A DNA stretch of 64,000 nucleotides from Octopus sinensis (taxonomy: Eukaryota). Numbering within the stretch: position 1 is the stretch's first letter; every line of letters starts with the position of its first letter. Positions 12,766-26,569 of the stretch are shown here, in pieces. The position numbers and the translations under genes are program-made. The notes under the pieces are model-generated. The model made no database searches. It worked only from the letters and a program-made list of their open reading frames with translations, and had not been told where the DNA came from. Location: contig NC_043011.1 of the NCBI RefSeq assembly GCF_006345805.1, forward strand, positions 13,652,464-13,716,463. Reading direction: 5' to 3'.

Positions 12766-12886
12766 AACAAAAATAAAGAGGGACATACTAAATAATGTGA
12801 GCCTCGTTCGCTCACTCACTCACTCACTCACTCACTCATTCACTCTCTCTTTCTCTTACATACGCGCTCGCTTACACACACATCTT

Positions 12887-12941
<55 letters not shown>

Positions 12942-13647
12942 TAAGTGGTGGTGTGCGGTTTGCATGCATACAAATATATATATATATACATACTCAAGTG
13001 TGTGTATGTGTGTGTGTATTTGTGTGTATGTGTGTGGTGTGTGTGTGTGTGTGTGTGTGTGTGTGCACAGCTATCAATTACCGGACAATGGCCAATCTGG
13101 TGACTGCCTTAAAAGATTAAGTCCATGAAATCAACCCCATCCTTATTTTAATATGTGGTATATATTTTATCGATTCCACTTTGCCAGAGTGTTAGGTTAC
13201 TACTATACTGACAAACAACACCATGCTGGGGTTGTTCATGCCGGATGAGAACATTAGATAGTATGTCCGATTCTCGTGTCGGGAGGCACGTTATGCCCTT
13301 GGGCAAGTCACTTCATTTCACATTGCTCTAGTTAGCACTGCTGAAAATTAATACCAACATCTGGGAGTTGGCCCTGCGACTGAGTTGCGTCCACTTAAGT
13401 TGGGAGTCTTGTCCTCTCAACCTAAACACCTCGGTCGGTAATATATAACAGAGGCATGCCTTCCAAATAAGGTCAGCTTTCTTTTCTCAGCACATTTCTC
13501 AGTGAGAATGGTCGTCCTGCTTGTAATCTCGTTTCACTTCCTATCTATGTAGGGGCCTGGTCCAAACGAGTCACCAAGTAATTTGGCCGATCCGTTAGTC
13601 CAAGTGTCCTGTGACTTTGGTTGTCGGTATGGATTTTCTGCGAACAA

Positions 13648-13880
13648 GGCGGTGAACTGGCAGAAACGTTAGCACGCCGGGCGAAATGCCTAGCTGTATT
13701 TCGTCTGCCGTTACGTTCTGAGTTCAAATTCCGCCGAGGTCGACTTTGCCTTTCATCCTTTCGGGGTCGATAAATTAAGTACCAGTTATGCACTGGGGTC
13801 GATGTAATCGACTTAATCCATTTGTCTGTCCTTGTTTGTCCCCTCTGTGTGTAGCCCCTTGTGGGTAGTAAAGAAATAGA
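13648..13880 (+). mobile_element. SINE family B, full length
   Basis: ggcggtgaactggcagaaacgttagc head; gagttcaaattcc B-box-like; cctttcatcctttcggggtcgataaattaagtacc central domain resembling conserved Nin/Meta-type SINE domains. Confidence 0.85.
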
Positions 13881-13884
13881 TATG

Positions 13885-14170
13885 GATTTTCTGCAAACTC
13901 CACCGACTTTTCCAGGGTAATCTTCGTTCCTGCCAAAGCCTCATATTTCTCTAGAACCGTTCCAGGCTCAGTACATGGGATGACAGTGGTCACCCTAATC
14001 GACTCGAGCGACTGATTCGAATCGGTTCGATAGGTGACCATTAAAACTGAGACCAAATATGTAGTTTGTTGTACATTGAAAAGTTTCGGCATCTGAAAAA
14101 GAGGACCGTAACTGGTTGCCATGAAAACAGCCGCCAAATAACGATGGTTGACCTTATCGAAAGCTTTCAA
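13885..14170 (-). pseudogene. L1/Tx1-clade reverse transcriptase fragment
   Basis: KAFDKVNHRYL motif of non-LTR RTs; degraded downstream. Confidence 0.7.
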
Positions 14171-14171
14171 T

Positions 14172-14592
14172 TCTCTTTACTCTTTACTCTTTTACTTGTT
14201 TCAGTCACGTGACTGTGGCCATGCTGGAGCACCACCTTTAGTCGAGCAAATCGACCCCAGGACTTATTCTTTGTGAGCCTAGTACTTATTCTATCTGTCT
14301 CTTTTGCCGAACCGCTAAGTTACGGGGACGTAAACACACCAGCATCGGTTGTCAAGCGATGTTGGGAGGACAAACACAGACACACAAACATATATACACA
14401 CATACATATATACATGTTTATACATGTATATATACATGTTTATACATACGACGGGCTTCTTTCAGTTTCCGTCTACCAAATTCACTCACAAAGCTTTGGT
14501 CGGCCCGTGGCTATAGTAGTCACGCAGTGGGACTGAACCCGGAACCATGTGGTTCGTAAGCAAGCTACTTATCACACAGCCACTCCTGCGCC
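14172..14592 (-). mobile_element. SINE family A, near full length
   Basis: (ttttactc)n tail, internal microsatellite, tRNA-like head ending at ctcctgcgcc. Confidence 0.85.
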
Positions 14593-15172
14593 ATTCCAAA
14601 TTGATCCGAGTCTCACCATTGTGTTGATTGTTGTCCACCTTCCTTCCTACACTAAATCGCACAGGTCTGCATTTTTCCCTGACCACACTCCTGGCGACAG
14701 CGACAAAACCTCTCTTGATGTCTTAAACTATGAAACAAAATACCCCAAACGATAACAATGAGATCGAGAACACAGGTAACAAGGATAAAACACTGCTTCA
14801 GCCGGTGTCTATTAACACCTGTCTTGTTCTTTTATGCGATCCCAATTTCTAGCAAGATTTTTATCAATTTCACAATGAAGGGTGGATAAAGGAGGAATGG
14901 GATGTGATACCCTGCTTAATGGCGCAACTACACATAGTAGAAACACTAACTCCGGCTCGCTTTCAAGGTATTTCATCGAAAACACCTTGCATACAAAAAG
15001 TCTCTTTCCCTCCATTCATTTACCATAGTCAAATGCTGGCAAACACAAACCCTTTTACAAAGACATACACACGCTCCACATGCACAAAGAAAGCGGGTGA
15101 AAGAAAGAGATCTTACCGTATCACATGCTCACGCCTGCATTTTCTTATGAATAGATAAATATAAATACACAG

Positions 15173-15600
15173 GGCGCAGTCGTGGCTGTGTGGTAGCTTG
15201 CTTCCCAACCACATGGTTCCGGGTTCAGTCCCACTGCACGGCACCTTAGGCAAGTGTCTTCTACTATAGCTTCGGGCCGACCAAAGCCTTGTGGGTGGAT
15301 TTGGTAGACGAAAACTGAAAGAAGCTCGTCGTATATGCGTGTGTTTATGAGTGTGTGTGCGTGTGTGCGTGTGTGTGTGTGTGTGTGTGCGTGCGCGCGC
15401 GCGCACGTGTGTGTGTGCGTGTGTGTGTCTATGTTTGTTCCCTCGCCATCGCTTGACAACCATTGATGGTGTGTTAATGTCCCCGTAATCTAGCAGTTCG
15501 GCAAAAAAAAAACGATAGAATAAGTACTAGGCTCTCGAAGAATAAGTCCTGGGTTCGATTTCCTCGACTAAAACCCTTTGACAAGAATAAAAGAATAAAA
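15173..15600 (+). mobile_element. SINE family A
   Basis: tggctgtgtggtagc...gggttcagtccc head, internal (TG)n. Confidence 0.85.
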
Positions 15601-15761
15601 ACCATACAACACATCCTACTCTGCTCTTTAATTGTTTAAATAGAGGACTGTGTATTTCTTTTGTGCATGTGTGTGTGTGCGTACGTGTGTGCACACGTTC
15701 GTATTCATACATACACAGCACAAAATTGCATGCATACAAATATATATTATATACACACTCA

Positions 15762-15926
15762 GGCACAGGAGTGGCTGTGTGGTAAGTAGCTTGCTTACCA
15801 ACCACATGGTTCCGGGTTCAGTCCCACTGCGTGGCATCTTGGGCAAGTGACTTCTGCTATAGCCCCGGGCCGACCAATGCTCTGTGAGTGGATTTGGTAG
15901 ACGGAAACTGAAAGAAGCCTGTCGTA

Positions 15927-15992
<66 letters not shown>

Positions 15993-16228
15993 GTGTGTGT
16001 GTGTGTGGTGTGTGTGTGTATATGTTTGTGTGTCTGTGCTTGTCCCCCTAGCATTGCTTGACAACCGATGCTGGTGTGTTTACGTCCCCGTAACTTAGCG
16101 GTTCTGCAAGAGAGACCGATAGAATAAGTACTGGGCTTACAAAGAATAAGTCCCGGGGTCGATTTGCTCGACTAAAGGCGGTGCTCCAGCATGGCCGCAG
16201 TCAAATGACTGAAACAAGTAAAAGAGTA
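15762..16228 (+). mobile_element. SINE family A, full length
   Basis: Head ggcacaggagtggctgtgtggtaag, internal (TA)n(TG)n, tail gactgaaacaagtaaaagag. Confidence 0.88.
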
Positions 16229-16230
16229 CT

Positions 16231-16265
<35 letters not shown>

Positions 16266-16475
16266 ACAGCTATCAATTACCGGACAATGGCCAATCTGGT
16301 GACTGCCTTAAAAGATTAAGTCCATGAAATCAACCCCATCCTTATTTTAATATGTGGTATATATTTTATCGGTTCCACTTTGCCAGAGTGTTAGGTTACA
16401 ACTATACTGACAAACAACACCATGTTGGGATTGTTCATGCCGGATGAGAATAACTTTTACATCATTGACACCCAA

Positions 16476-16665
16476 AATCATAACAGGCACCGAGTCCTTA
16501 AGTATTCGGTGCCTGTTATGATTCAGGTCCGAATCTTCTTTTTTTTTCTTTTTTCTTTTTTGACATTCAGGTCCTAATCTTCTTTCTTTAATATCCAAGT
16601 CCTAATCTTCTTTTTTTAATATTCAGGTCCTAATCTTCTTTCTTTAGTATTCAGGTCCTAATCTG
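16476..16665. repeat. 18-bp perfect hairpin followed by an irregular ~28-bp minisatellite
   Basis: aatcataacaggcaccga (16476-16493) pairs with tcggtgcctgttatgatt (16506-16523), then about 5 copies of attcaggtcctaatcttcttt. Confidence 0.8.
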
Positions 16666-17807
16666 AATATATATCAAAATATACCAGAGTGGTTTGGTTG
16701 ATACGAAGAAGTAAAATCGTGGTAGAGCAGTGACCGCATATCATTAAAGGTTTTTCTTAATCTGACAAATGATTAAAACTCCAAAACATGAATGGGTAGC
16801 AATGTATTATTGAAGACCATATAAAAGTTTTACTTCTTAATTAGATCGGATGTACTGAAAATAATACAATCAGACTTAAACATCCCCAGAAAATACGTCA
16901 AGTGACATACTATGAATGTTAAAGCAATTAGAACAGCTACTACAGTAACCAAGGAAAAATTTTATAAAGCGCAGAAATGAAGAAACATTTTGAAAGTGCT
17001 TTAAGATAGAAATCATCCATGGTACACCATTCTCAATCAACAATGTAAGAATTCTAGCAAAACAAAAACAGAAAAAGGGTTCTGTAGATTTAAAGCCTGA
17101 TTAATGAAGCAGCATCAGGAAGGCCACAGAATCAAAAATGTCTGCCACTGTATTAATTTCAATAATGTTTGAATGTCACATAATCTCATCTCTCTTGTTT
17201 AGAGTGTGTGTGTTTTGTGTAGTATATAGTATTTTTATGTAGAGCATAGGATGCAGATTTCGGAACCGTTATGTTTGATGGTGCACAATGTATGTATGTA
17301 TGTATGTATGTATGTATGTATGTATGTATGTATGTATGCATTTATGTGAGCGAAGAAAATCATCACTGACCATTGGCCTTGCAAAATGCCGGCAATAGTT
17401 GTGCACGAGATTATTGCATCTCCAGTTGGCTTCACCCGAGATCGCGTTCGCATCTTCCATACTTGAAGCAGCGCCCTCTTACTCGATCGGGCATAAGACA
17501 GTTGCCTCGCCGGCGCTGGCACAACCTAAGATTTTAGGTCCAATAATGCTTGCGCAGCACCTTAGACCCTCTCTACTCTGGTGACATGATCCAGAGTCAA
17601 GCCAAGGCAAGATATCCAGTGTCAATATAGGTCTCAAGGTAAGAATGTAGGACAGCCAAGATCTCAAGCGCAAGTAAAAGATCCCTAAAATGTTCAATGC
17701 CATCCTTGCATATCAGGTTTTGTATCAGCGTGTCCTTCTCCAGAGATATGCACACACACACACACATATGTTTGTATGTATGTATGTATGTATTATGTAT
17801 GTATATA

Positions 17808-17950
17808 GGCGCAGGAGTGGGTGTGTGATAAGTAGCTTGCTTACCAACCACGTGGTTCCGGGTTACGTCCCACTGCCTGACACCTTTGGCAAGTGTCTTC
17901 CACTTTAACCTCGGGCCGACCAAAACCTTGTGGGTAGATTTGGTAGACGG
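17808..17950 (+). mobile_element. SINE family A, 5' half
   Basis: ggcgcaggagtgggtgtgtgataag head. Confidence 0.8.
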
Positions 17951-18172
17951 TAGACGGTCAGTACTAAGAATTCTCGATCGACAGTTTTCATTTGTGTGCG
18001 TTAACTAAAGCATTAGATCATTTTAGCTGGTATTTCTAGTAATGTAGGTGTTTCTTAACACCCTAGTTACATTTAGTGACAATTATAATTCTCCTTTTTG
18101 GTGAAACATCGCAAACTGAAGTTTATAATAATTTCATATGTGTATACACATACACCCACACACACGCAAGCA

Positions 18173-18207
<35 letters not shown>

Positions 18208-18237
18208 TTATACATCCGTATTTATCTATATATATAT

Positions 18238-18445
18238 ATTTCTTTATTGCCCACAAGGGGCTAAACATAGAGGGGACAAATAAGGACAGACAAAGGGATT
18301 AAGTCGATTATCGAACCAGTGCGAAACTGGTACTTTATTTATCGACCCCGAAAAGATGAAAGGCAAAGTCGACCTCGGCGGAATTTGTACTCAGAACGTA
18401 ACGCCAGAGGAAATACCGCTAAGCATTTCGCCCGGCGCGCTAACG
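18238..18445 (-). mobile_element. SINE family B
   Basis: Reverse complement of the family B consensus. Confidence 0.82.
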
Positions 18446-18954
18446 TGTCTATAGCCACACACTATGGACTTGGTAGAGGAAAAGTGAAATCAGACATTAA
18501 TTCGTTTCGTCACGAAACACAGAAACGGTAATCCAGGTTACATAATTTCTTATACAAGGTCAGAAATTTGGGTGAATGGAAGGGGTAATATATCGGCCTC
18601 AGTAATCGATTAATACTTTTATTTTATTGATCAGAAAAGAATGAAAGACAGAATTGATCCCCGCGCGTTTTGAATTACTAGAGCCATAAGGAAATACTGC
18701 AAAGGATTTTGTATGGCTTTCCTGACCGATCTATAAGAATTAAAATCGGAACAAACATATTTTTGGAGAGAATAATGGATACATTGACATCGTTAGCCAT
18801 AAGTATTACCAGCTATAAGATATTATATTGAAATTAGTTCCACCAACTAGGATAATGATATATCCACGACAATATAATAAAAAAATTAATTAATTAATTA
18901 GAATTAATTAAAAAAAATGTGGTGTAGTGTGTCTTAGCTTAAATAAGTAATATT

Positions 18955-19024
18955 AGTAGTTGTGGTGGTGGTGGTGGTGGTGGTGGTGGTGGTAGTTGTA
19001 GTAGTAGTAGTAGTAGTGGTGGTG

Positions 19025-19092
<68 letters not shown>

Positions 19093-19242
19093 GGCGGCGG
19101 CGGTGGTGGTGGTGGTGGTGGTGGTAGATGTAGTGGTGGTGGTGGTGGTGGTAGTAGTAATAGTAGTAGTAGTAGTAGTAGTAGTATAGTAGTAGTAGTA
19201 GTAGTAGTAAGAGGAGGAGGAGGAGGAGGAGGAGGAGGAGGA
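18955..19242. repeat. (GTG)n/(GTA)n/(GAG)n trinucleotide microsatellite
   Basis: Seen directly; source of the poly-T and poly-V ORFs. Confidence 0.95.
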
Positions 19243-20387
19243 AGTGTATCTACAATAATGCAAGCAAAGAAAGAAGAAAAAGGAGGAAAACAGTCTTCTG
19301 CTGTTGCTGCTGCTGCGTGGCCCCTTTTCCATAGCTGTGTGACCTTCCTTCCAAACAGCCCCGCGTTCCATCAAACACTGACTTTCTATGGCATTTGTGA
19401 ATGCCCACCTATCATCACTTGCAGCTGGCTTCTTCAGTTTTAGAATATAAAAGACCCAAGATGTAGGCGGCATAATAGACGACAGGGTTGGGCTATGTGT
19501 GAAGAAGTATGGTTATCATTTATTTCAGTTCAGCTTTTGTGTTTGAGTCGGAAGGGAATTTTACCTGGACACGTGCCTCAGCAAATTCATTCATCTCTCA
19601 AAGGAACAGAAAAGAAAACAAATACGCGCACACACACACACGAACACACACGCATACACACACAAACACACACATACACACACACATACACATACATACA
19701 CACATACACACACTCACACAAACATACACACACATACACACACACACACTCACACATATACACACACATATATATTAAACGATCAGGTCACCCTATCACT
19801 CCCTACCACTCTGCCGTTCACTCACTCACCCGTTGCTTTTGAGGTAGATAAGAAGGACAGGGGTGGTTTGACTGAAGTGGAAAGTAGAAAACAGAAAGCA
19901 AGCAAGCTATTAAATGAAACAAGCGAAAGGGATTTTGTTCCCCCGCCGTATCTCATTTGATTAGAAACGATCTGGGGAGAGGCGTTGGACGAAATATAAC
20001 ATAATAAAATATAAATATAAAAACGGCTGTGTCCCCAGATTTCTCGGTCACCTATTGTGATAAATGAATGGGTGCCGGTGAGGATACATCTACGTAGTCA
20101 TTCAATTTATTAGAAATAGCAACCAGGCGTTCCTCGAATCACAGCCGGCCACACTTAACAATAGGAAGAGCACAAAGGAAAAGAAAGAACAGGCACGCGA
20201 CTGAGTGTGTAAGTGTGTTTCACAATGACGAAGCTCCTGTCGACCCGAACAACGCTATAATGAAAGGCACTTGATCAAGATGCCACCGCATGGGACCGAA
20301 ATCAGTGATTTTGTGATTGCGAAGCAAACTTCTTTAAAGATTAATTTCATTACTATATCCAGGATATTCGGGCAAAATTTGACGATT

Positions 20388-20778
20388 GGATCTTTTCGGT
20401 TTGAACGGCAGTTTTTAACATAATTTCTAGGTAACTAAACACTTTTAAACTTCGTATACTGGTAGAATGTGTTTATAAAACATCTTTTTCTCTTGGCTTT
20501 ATTGAGAAAATTCCATAGTTTGTAAGATATTTGTTGTTTTTTCTTCAATTTCTGCAATTTCAACCAATCAATGACATCTATTGAGGTGAAAACTCTGTGC
20601 CATATGAATATGTCCCTCGTTTAAGAAACAGATTGGGTTTATTTACATTTGTGAAGAAAAAGAGATACCCTTCCCCCCACCCCTAACCCTAACCCTAAAA
20701 CAGATTGAAATGCAATAGATCGATACTTGGGTCATATGACACCGCTAGAAAAAACTGCCGTTCAAATCGAAAAGATCC
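20388..20778. mobile_element. MITE family C
   Basis: Same TIRs and internal cccctaaccctaaccctaa; small internal deletion. Confidence 0.88.
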
Positions 20779-20909
20779 CTCCTTTTTTCAGGAATAGCTT
20801 GATGTATTGGTGAACAGTTGGTAAGCAGAATATTGAAGCTGAAGTTGAGAAAAAGTTAGTTGGCATGGAGGACTGGAAGCGATCTGAATATTGTAAAAGA
20901 GTTATAAAG

Positions 20910-21506
20910 GTTACGAGGTGGCAGAATCGTTAGCACGCCGAACTGGCAGAAACGTTAGCACGTCGGGCGAAATGCCGTAGCCTTGTGGGTAGTAAAGAAA
21001 TAGGTATTTCGTCTGCCGTTACGTTCTGAGTTCAAAGTTTTAGCCCCTTGTGAGCAATAAACAAATAAGAATCGTCAGCACGCCGGGCGAAATGTTTAGC
21101 GGTATTGCGTCTGCCGCTACGTTCTGAGTTCAAATTCATCCTTTCGGGGTCGATTAAATAAGTACCAGTTGCGCACTGGAGTCGATATAATCGACTTAAT
21201 CCCTATGTCTGTCCTTGTTTGTCTCTTCTGTGTTTAGCCCCTTGTGAGTAGTAAAGAAATAGGTATTTCGTCTGCCGCTACGTTCTGAGTTCAAATTCCG
21301 CCGAGGTCGACTTTGCCTTTCAACCTCTCGGGGTCGATTAAATAAGTACCGGTTACGCACTGGGGTCGATAAAATCGACTTAATCCGTTTGTCTGTCCTT
21401 GTTTGTCCCTTCTGTGTTTAGCCCTTTGTGGGTAGTAAAGAAATAGGTATTTCGTCTGCCGTTACATTCTGAATTCAAATGCTGCCAAGGTACACTTTAC
21501 CTTTCA
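20910..21506 (+). mobile_element. Head-to-tail array of SINE family B modules
   Basis: Junction gtagtaaagaaataggtatttcgtctgccg repeats at ~20989, ~21248 and ~21432. Confidence 0.8.
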
Positions 21507-22429
21507 GGAAATTTGTGGTTTTCGTCACTGTTTACAATTTTGTTCCAATTGTTTTCACATTTGGAATATGGATTAAGTTTTGTATACTAATTATGAAAAT
21601 GAAAATTATTTTCACTATAAATCCATAATTAAAAAGTTATTAGCCTTTAAATTTGCAAAATTTGAATATTTTAGCCAATCAGAAACGAGTATTTTACACA
21701 TCCCCGTGGCGAAAAACTCTGTTTCCATAGTAACCAATGATGCTGCACATGCGCACAAGGAGTGTAACCACCAAATTGAGTGTAATCAATAAATTGAGAG
21801 TACCTGGGCATTTTTAAGGCGTGGAAACAAACGCCGGTGTGGGACACGCCGTTTCATGGTTGATTTATCTTTGTGGAGAAGATATGAAAAAGATAATTTA
21901 TTTCATAAAATCCTAGGGCGTAATACAAACTTTCGTTCTTGAGTTTTGTAACTAATAAATGTCTGTTTTGACTGTTATTTCTCGCAACTCCTGTTGGTTT
22001 GCTCGTAACTTTTAAACATTTAATTTGCTCGCGAATTTCTCAATGTTTTTCATTGTTTACTTTGCTCGTGTATATTTTAATGTCTTGCCTGTTATTTCTA
22101 GCAACTCCTGTTGGTTTGTTCGTAGCTTTTAGATATTTAAATTGTTAATGAATCTTTTAATGTTTTCCACTGTTTACTGTTGCTAGTTTAATGTTGTGAC
22201 ATACTGGTGTCCTCACCCTGATGATGGAATAGGCAGCGAACGCGCTGTTTTCTGGTTGGTTGAAATTTCTGAAAATTATCAAACTTTGAACACCTGTAAC
22301 ATTTTTGCAAAATTTTTCTGGAATAAATGAATAACAAATTCGGATTCAGCGTCAAAAATTACATCTATATGATACATTAAAATTTTTTTTAAAGATAATT
22401 GTAAACAGTGACGAAAACCACAAAAATCT
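21507..22429. mobile_element. Non-autonomous DNA transposon (~920 bp) inserted in a SINE B
   Basis: TIRs tttgtggttttcgtcactgtttacaatt (21512-21539) and aattgtaaacagtgacgaaaaccacaaa (22397-22424); cctttca duplicated on both sides; the SINE resumes at ~22430. Confidence 0.8.
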
Positions 22430-22509
22430 GCCTTTCATCCTTTCAGGATCGATAAAATAAGTACCAGTTAAGCACTGGGATCTGTGTAATTTGCTGGCCT
22501 TGTGCTAAA

Positions 22510-23150
22510 ATTTTAAAACAGCATTGTAAAAAAAGTTGCCTGTGTCAATGATTCGCGCCGGTTGTCAAAATGCCGATAACATGACTGGTATTCAATGCTT
22601 TGTGGACTCTGCAAAGGCTGTAAGATGCGACATGGACATCAAGAAAACCAAGTTCCCCAAACTATGATTGTCTTTGAGAGTGTCCCCAGTGAGAGTGACG
22701 TCATGCCGTCCCTGCATCTCTGAATGAAGGCCTTAGGCTTAATTCAGACGGCTGTGGTCAAACCCTGGTTGGATAAGATTGTTGGTGGGCGGACATATGC
22801 GTAGCAGCAGGATTCGGGTTTTTTTGCCATACATCCGGACAGAATCAGAAGTGGTTATTGGAGAATTTCCATGACTTCACAAGCCCCAATTTCTGGCCTC
22901 CTAATCCCCTTGATGGAAATCCGATGGATTACTATGAGAAGGGCGCGGTTGACAAGGACACCAACCACTTTACCTGCAAACATTAAGGCCAAGCTAGTGG
23001 TCAAGATCAGAGAAATGCTCGAAGATCTTCAGAGGACAGAGTGAGGAATGCCTGCGTTAGGTTCCGGGGCCGTTTTGAAGCCGTGGTGGAAGCTGAGAGC
23101 AAATACGTTGAGTAAATGTTATTTCCCAGCCATCTAATAGATATTTTTTG
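22510..23150 (+). pseudogene. Tc1/mariner (maT-like) transposase relic
   Basis: Fragments VVKPWLDKIVGGRTYA*QQDS and QKWLLENFHDFTSPNFWPPNPLDGNPMDYY. Confidence 0.75.
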
Positions 23151-23754
23151 ATTCTTAAATGGGATATTATGCATTCATTCTCTTTTTTTACAAACGGTTT
23201 CTGATATATCTATGAACGTCTTGGCATAAATAAAGTAAATTATTTCTTGCCAACCACAAATCACATAATCTTTACAAAACCTCATATAGATTTTACTCTA
23301 GTTGTATGGAAAGCTTCACACGGGTAGCAACAGAAGCAACAGAAGCAATTACACAACGAGGACCACACAATTCAGCTTTAAACATCTGTATAGATTTTAT
23401 ATAATTTTCCTTTGTGAATCCAAATGCATTTTCTTTTATATCTAATCATTTCCTTAAGCATATGTATGTGGGCGTGCCTGTATATACCAATCAATGTATA
23501 TATTAATACACACACACACACACACATATTTATATATGTACGTATGTATTTATATATATGTGTGTGTGTGTATGTATGAATGTATGTATATATATTGACT
23601 CACACACTCACACACACACACATATATATGTATATATGTATGTATGTATATATATATGTGTGTGTGTGGATGTATGTATATATATATTGACTCACACACA
23701 CATACATATATATATATATACACATACATCCATCCATTCATATATTTATGTATG

Positions 23755-23785
<31 letters not shown>

Positions 23786-24239
23786 GTGTGTACATATGTA
23801 TATATTTATGAATGTATTTATGAATGTATATGTGTGTATGTATACATTATTCATATATCTATATACGAGTCTGTAGTTGTCTCCATACACTCTCAGGCGC
23901 ACGTGTATACGCAAAACATCAATAGGACTGTATTACTGTTTAAACATTCTAAGTATAAAACGGAAGCCATTAACCAGCGTTGAAATAGTTTATTTTGACA
24001 TACAAGCCCAATTGTTAGATGATCTCCAATAAACATTTTAATGTTGAATGATACATGAGAGGACATCTAGCGTTTTAAGCTGCAATTGTACTTCAATGAG
24101 TTATTTCAAAGATGCAGTGTGAACAAGGATCTAAGCTACTTCATTGATGAATGAGAAATTAAAGTCAAACTGTTTGAAATGACATTAATTATTACAATGA
24201 GGTGCCACATGGCAGCTGTGGAGGCACATGGCCTAGTGG

Positions 24240-25275
24240 TTGTCCACAGTTTAAAGTAGTCAACTACACCGACTACAAGTTCGTGATCTGTACAGTAGAT
24301 TTAGACAGGCTTCTGAGACAGGGACCCGGTTACTGGAAGCCTAACACGTTGTTACCGACGCGTAAAGATTTCAGGGAGCGGATTTGTGAACTAGTTTAGA
24401 GGGCATTGACGGGAGCAATAATCAACAATAAATGGTGGTTCGCCCTGAAAAGGGCGATTAGAATAGAATCGATATGGTTTAGCAAAGGACTAGCTGTAGA
24501 AAGAAATAGAGTAGAGGCAGAGCTAGTCAAAAAGTTAGACGAGGCTTTTAGAAAAGTCATCGCGACCGACGTACTCGCAGCAAGATTGGCACTCGACCAA
24601 TTCTTCAACGCGAAACACAAAGGTTGCGTTGTCAGAGCTAAGGCACGAGCATTTAGACACGAAGGGACGAAAGCTGTTCAATGGACCCGAGTGGCAGAGG
24701 CACGACGTGGAAATAAATCCACGATCCGATCCTTTCCGGACCACGACGGGCAAATGATAATTGATCCGAGACAATTGTGCGGCCTTTCAGCGACGCTTCG
24801 CTCAACTGTTTGGGAGCAGCGGTGAGCCGGGTCGTAGGATGGACTTCACGTCCTACCTCGACGGGCTGCCGCGGCTCTCGACAACGGAGGCGGAGCGGTG
24901 CGAAAGGTTGATAACAGTCTTTGAGATATGGGAAGCAATGGCTAGCTGCACGAATAGTACATTGCTTGGTTTGGATGGTCTGCCCCACGAGCTTTACGCT
25001 TATATGCTAAACTTGTTCGGCGACCTCTTAGAAAACGTTTGCTGCAACTGACAACGGAATGGGAGACTTCCCAGTTTTGTGATCCGAGGAGCGGTGGCGT
25101 TGCTGAGAAAAGATCCAAACAAAGGGTATTGTATTGACAACTTTAGGCCCAGAACTCTGCATGCAGAGTTCAAAATTTTGGCCAAGGTGTTAGCTACGAT
25201 GTTGGCACTTGTTGTTGGGGAGGCACAGACATGTGCCATCCCGAAAAGATCCATCCACGACAACCTCCACCTCTT
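24240..25275 (+). pseudogene. L1/Tx1-clade ORF2 fragment (post-endonuclease linker and RT start)
   Basis: GPGYWKPN, GLDGLPHELY, DNFRPRTL..EFKILAKVLA, QTCAIPKRSIHDNL; frameshifts and stops. Confidence 0.85.
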
Positions 25276-25794
25276 TGCAATCTTTCATCCTACGCAAGCC
25301 TGACCTTCTTACTTCTAATAATGACGGTTCAGTGGCATTTTTTACATACCATGCTATGCTGTTTTCTTCTGCTCTAATGCTGTGTTCGCATCATATGAGT
25401 CCTCTTACCCCTCTTTTTCTTGGTACTTACAGTCTGTCAGTGTCACTTTTTGGGAGGAGGAAGAGAAGGAGGAGGAGGAGGAAAATCATTAAGCAATATA
25501 CTGAAAAACCTTTCAAAGGTGTTAATGAATGGACCACTGTTAATATGGCCACTGAGTGGAAATTAGTAATGTTTAATGTGTTTCTTTCATGTTAAGTTGA
25601 GAGATGAAACTTCGGTACACAGAACAACAACAACAACAACAACAACAGCTGCAACAACAACAACAAGTGCACTTTTACTTCAGTAGCTGCTATTGATGTA
25701 AAGAGTGAAGCCGTGATCATAATAATCATCACCGATATTTAAATGTAACAATATCCATATCAACACTATCACTTACAGTACAACAGTAATAAAC

Positions 25795-25796
25795 AA

Positions 25797-25838
<42 letters not shown>

Positions 25839-25882
25839 CATCATCATCATCATCATTATTATTATTATCATTATTATTATTA

Positions 25883-25915
<33 letters not shown>
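25795..25915. repeat. (ATT)n/(ATC)n microsatellite
   Basis: Seen directly. Confidence 0.95.
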
Positions 25916-25916
<1 letters not shown>

Positions 25917-26169
25917 AACCAGCGAAAAAAGCAAAAACAAAAATGCACCATCAGCCAATCAAACATCCGACTTGTAAGGGAGACTCTGCGTGGTCGGTGG
26001 TCAACCAAATGCCTCGCCATTCACACTTTAGAAGTCTTTATAAAAGGAAGGACCCAATAGATTATACAGACTGGGATACTTACACTAGATATCAAAAAAA
26101 AAATTTTTTTTTAAACGAGATGATCATTATAAGTGTTAGCGATCTGGACTGACTAACAACTAAATAACA

Positions 26170-26537
26170 ACACCATTTGTCAAGTACATCAATATCAAAA
26201 TAAATATCAAATGGAAATTGTAGTTACGACACCTGTACCGGTGGCACGTAAAAAGCACCATCCGAACGTGGCCGATGCCAGCGCCGCCTTGACTGGCTTC
26301 CGTGCCGGTGGCACGTAAAAAGCACCGACCGATCGTGGTCGCTGCCAGCCTCCCCTGGCACCTGTGCCGGTGGCACGTAAAAAGCACCCACTACACTCAC
26401 AGAGTGGTTGGCGTTAGGAAGGGCATCCAGCTGTAGAAACACTGCCAGATCAGACTGGAGCCTGGTGCAGCCTCCTGGCTTCCCAGACCCCGGTCGAACC
26501 GTCCAACCCGTGCTAGCACGGAAAACGGACGTTAAAC

Positions 26538-26569
<32 letters not shown>

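Noticed and set aside
26237-26390. CRISPR-like repeat-spacer array (also 52145-52245)
   Set aside because: Eukaryotic context, related or absent spacers, no cas genes; these are internal repeats of mobile elements.
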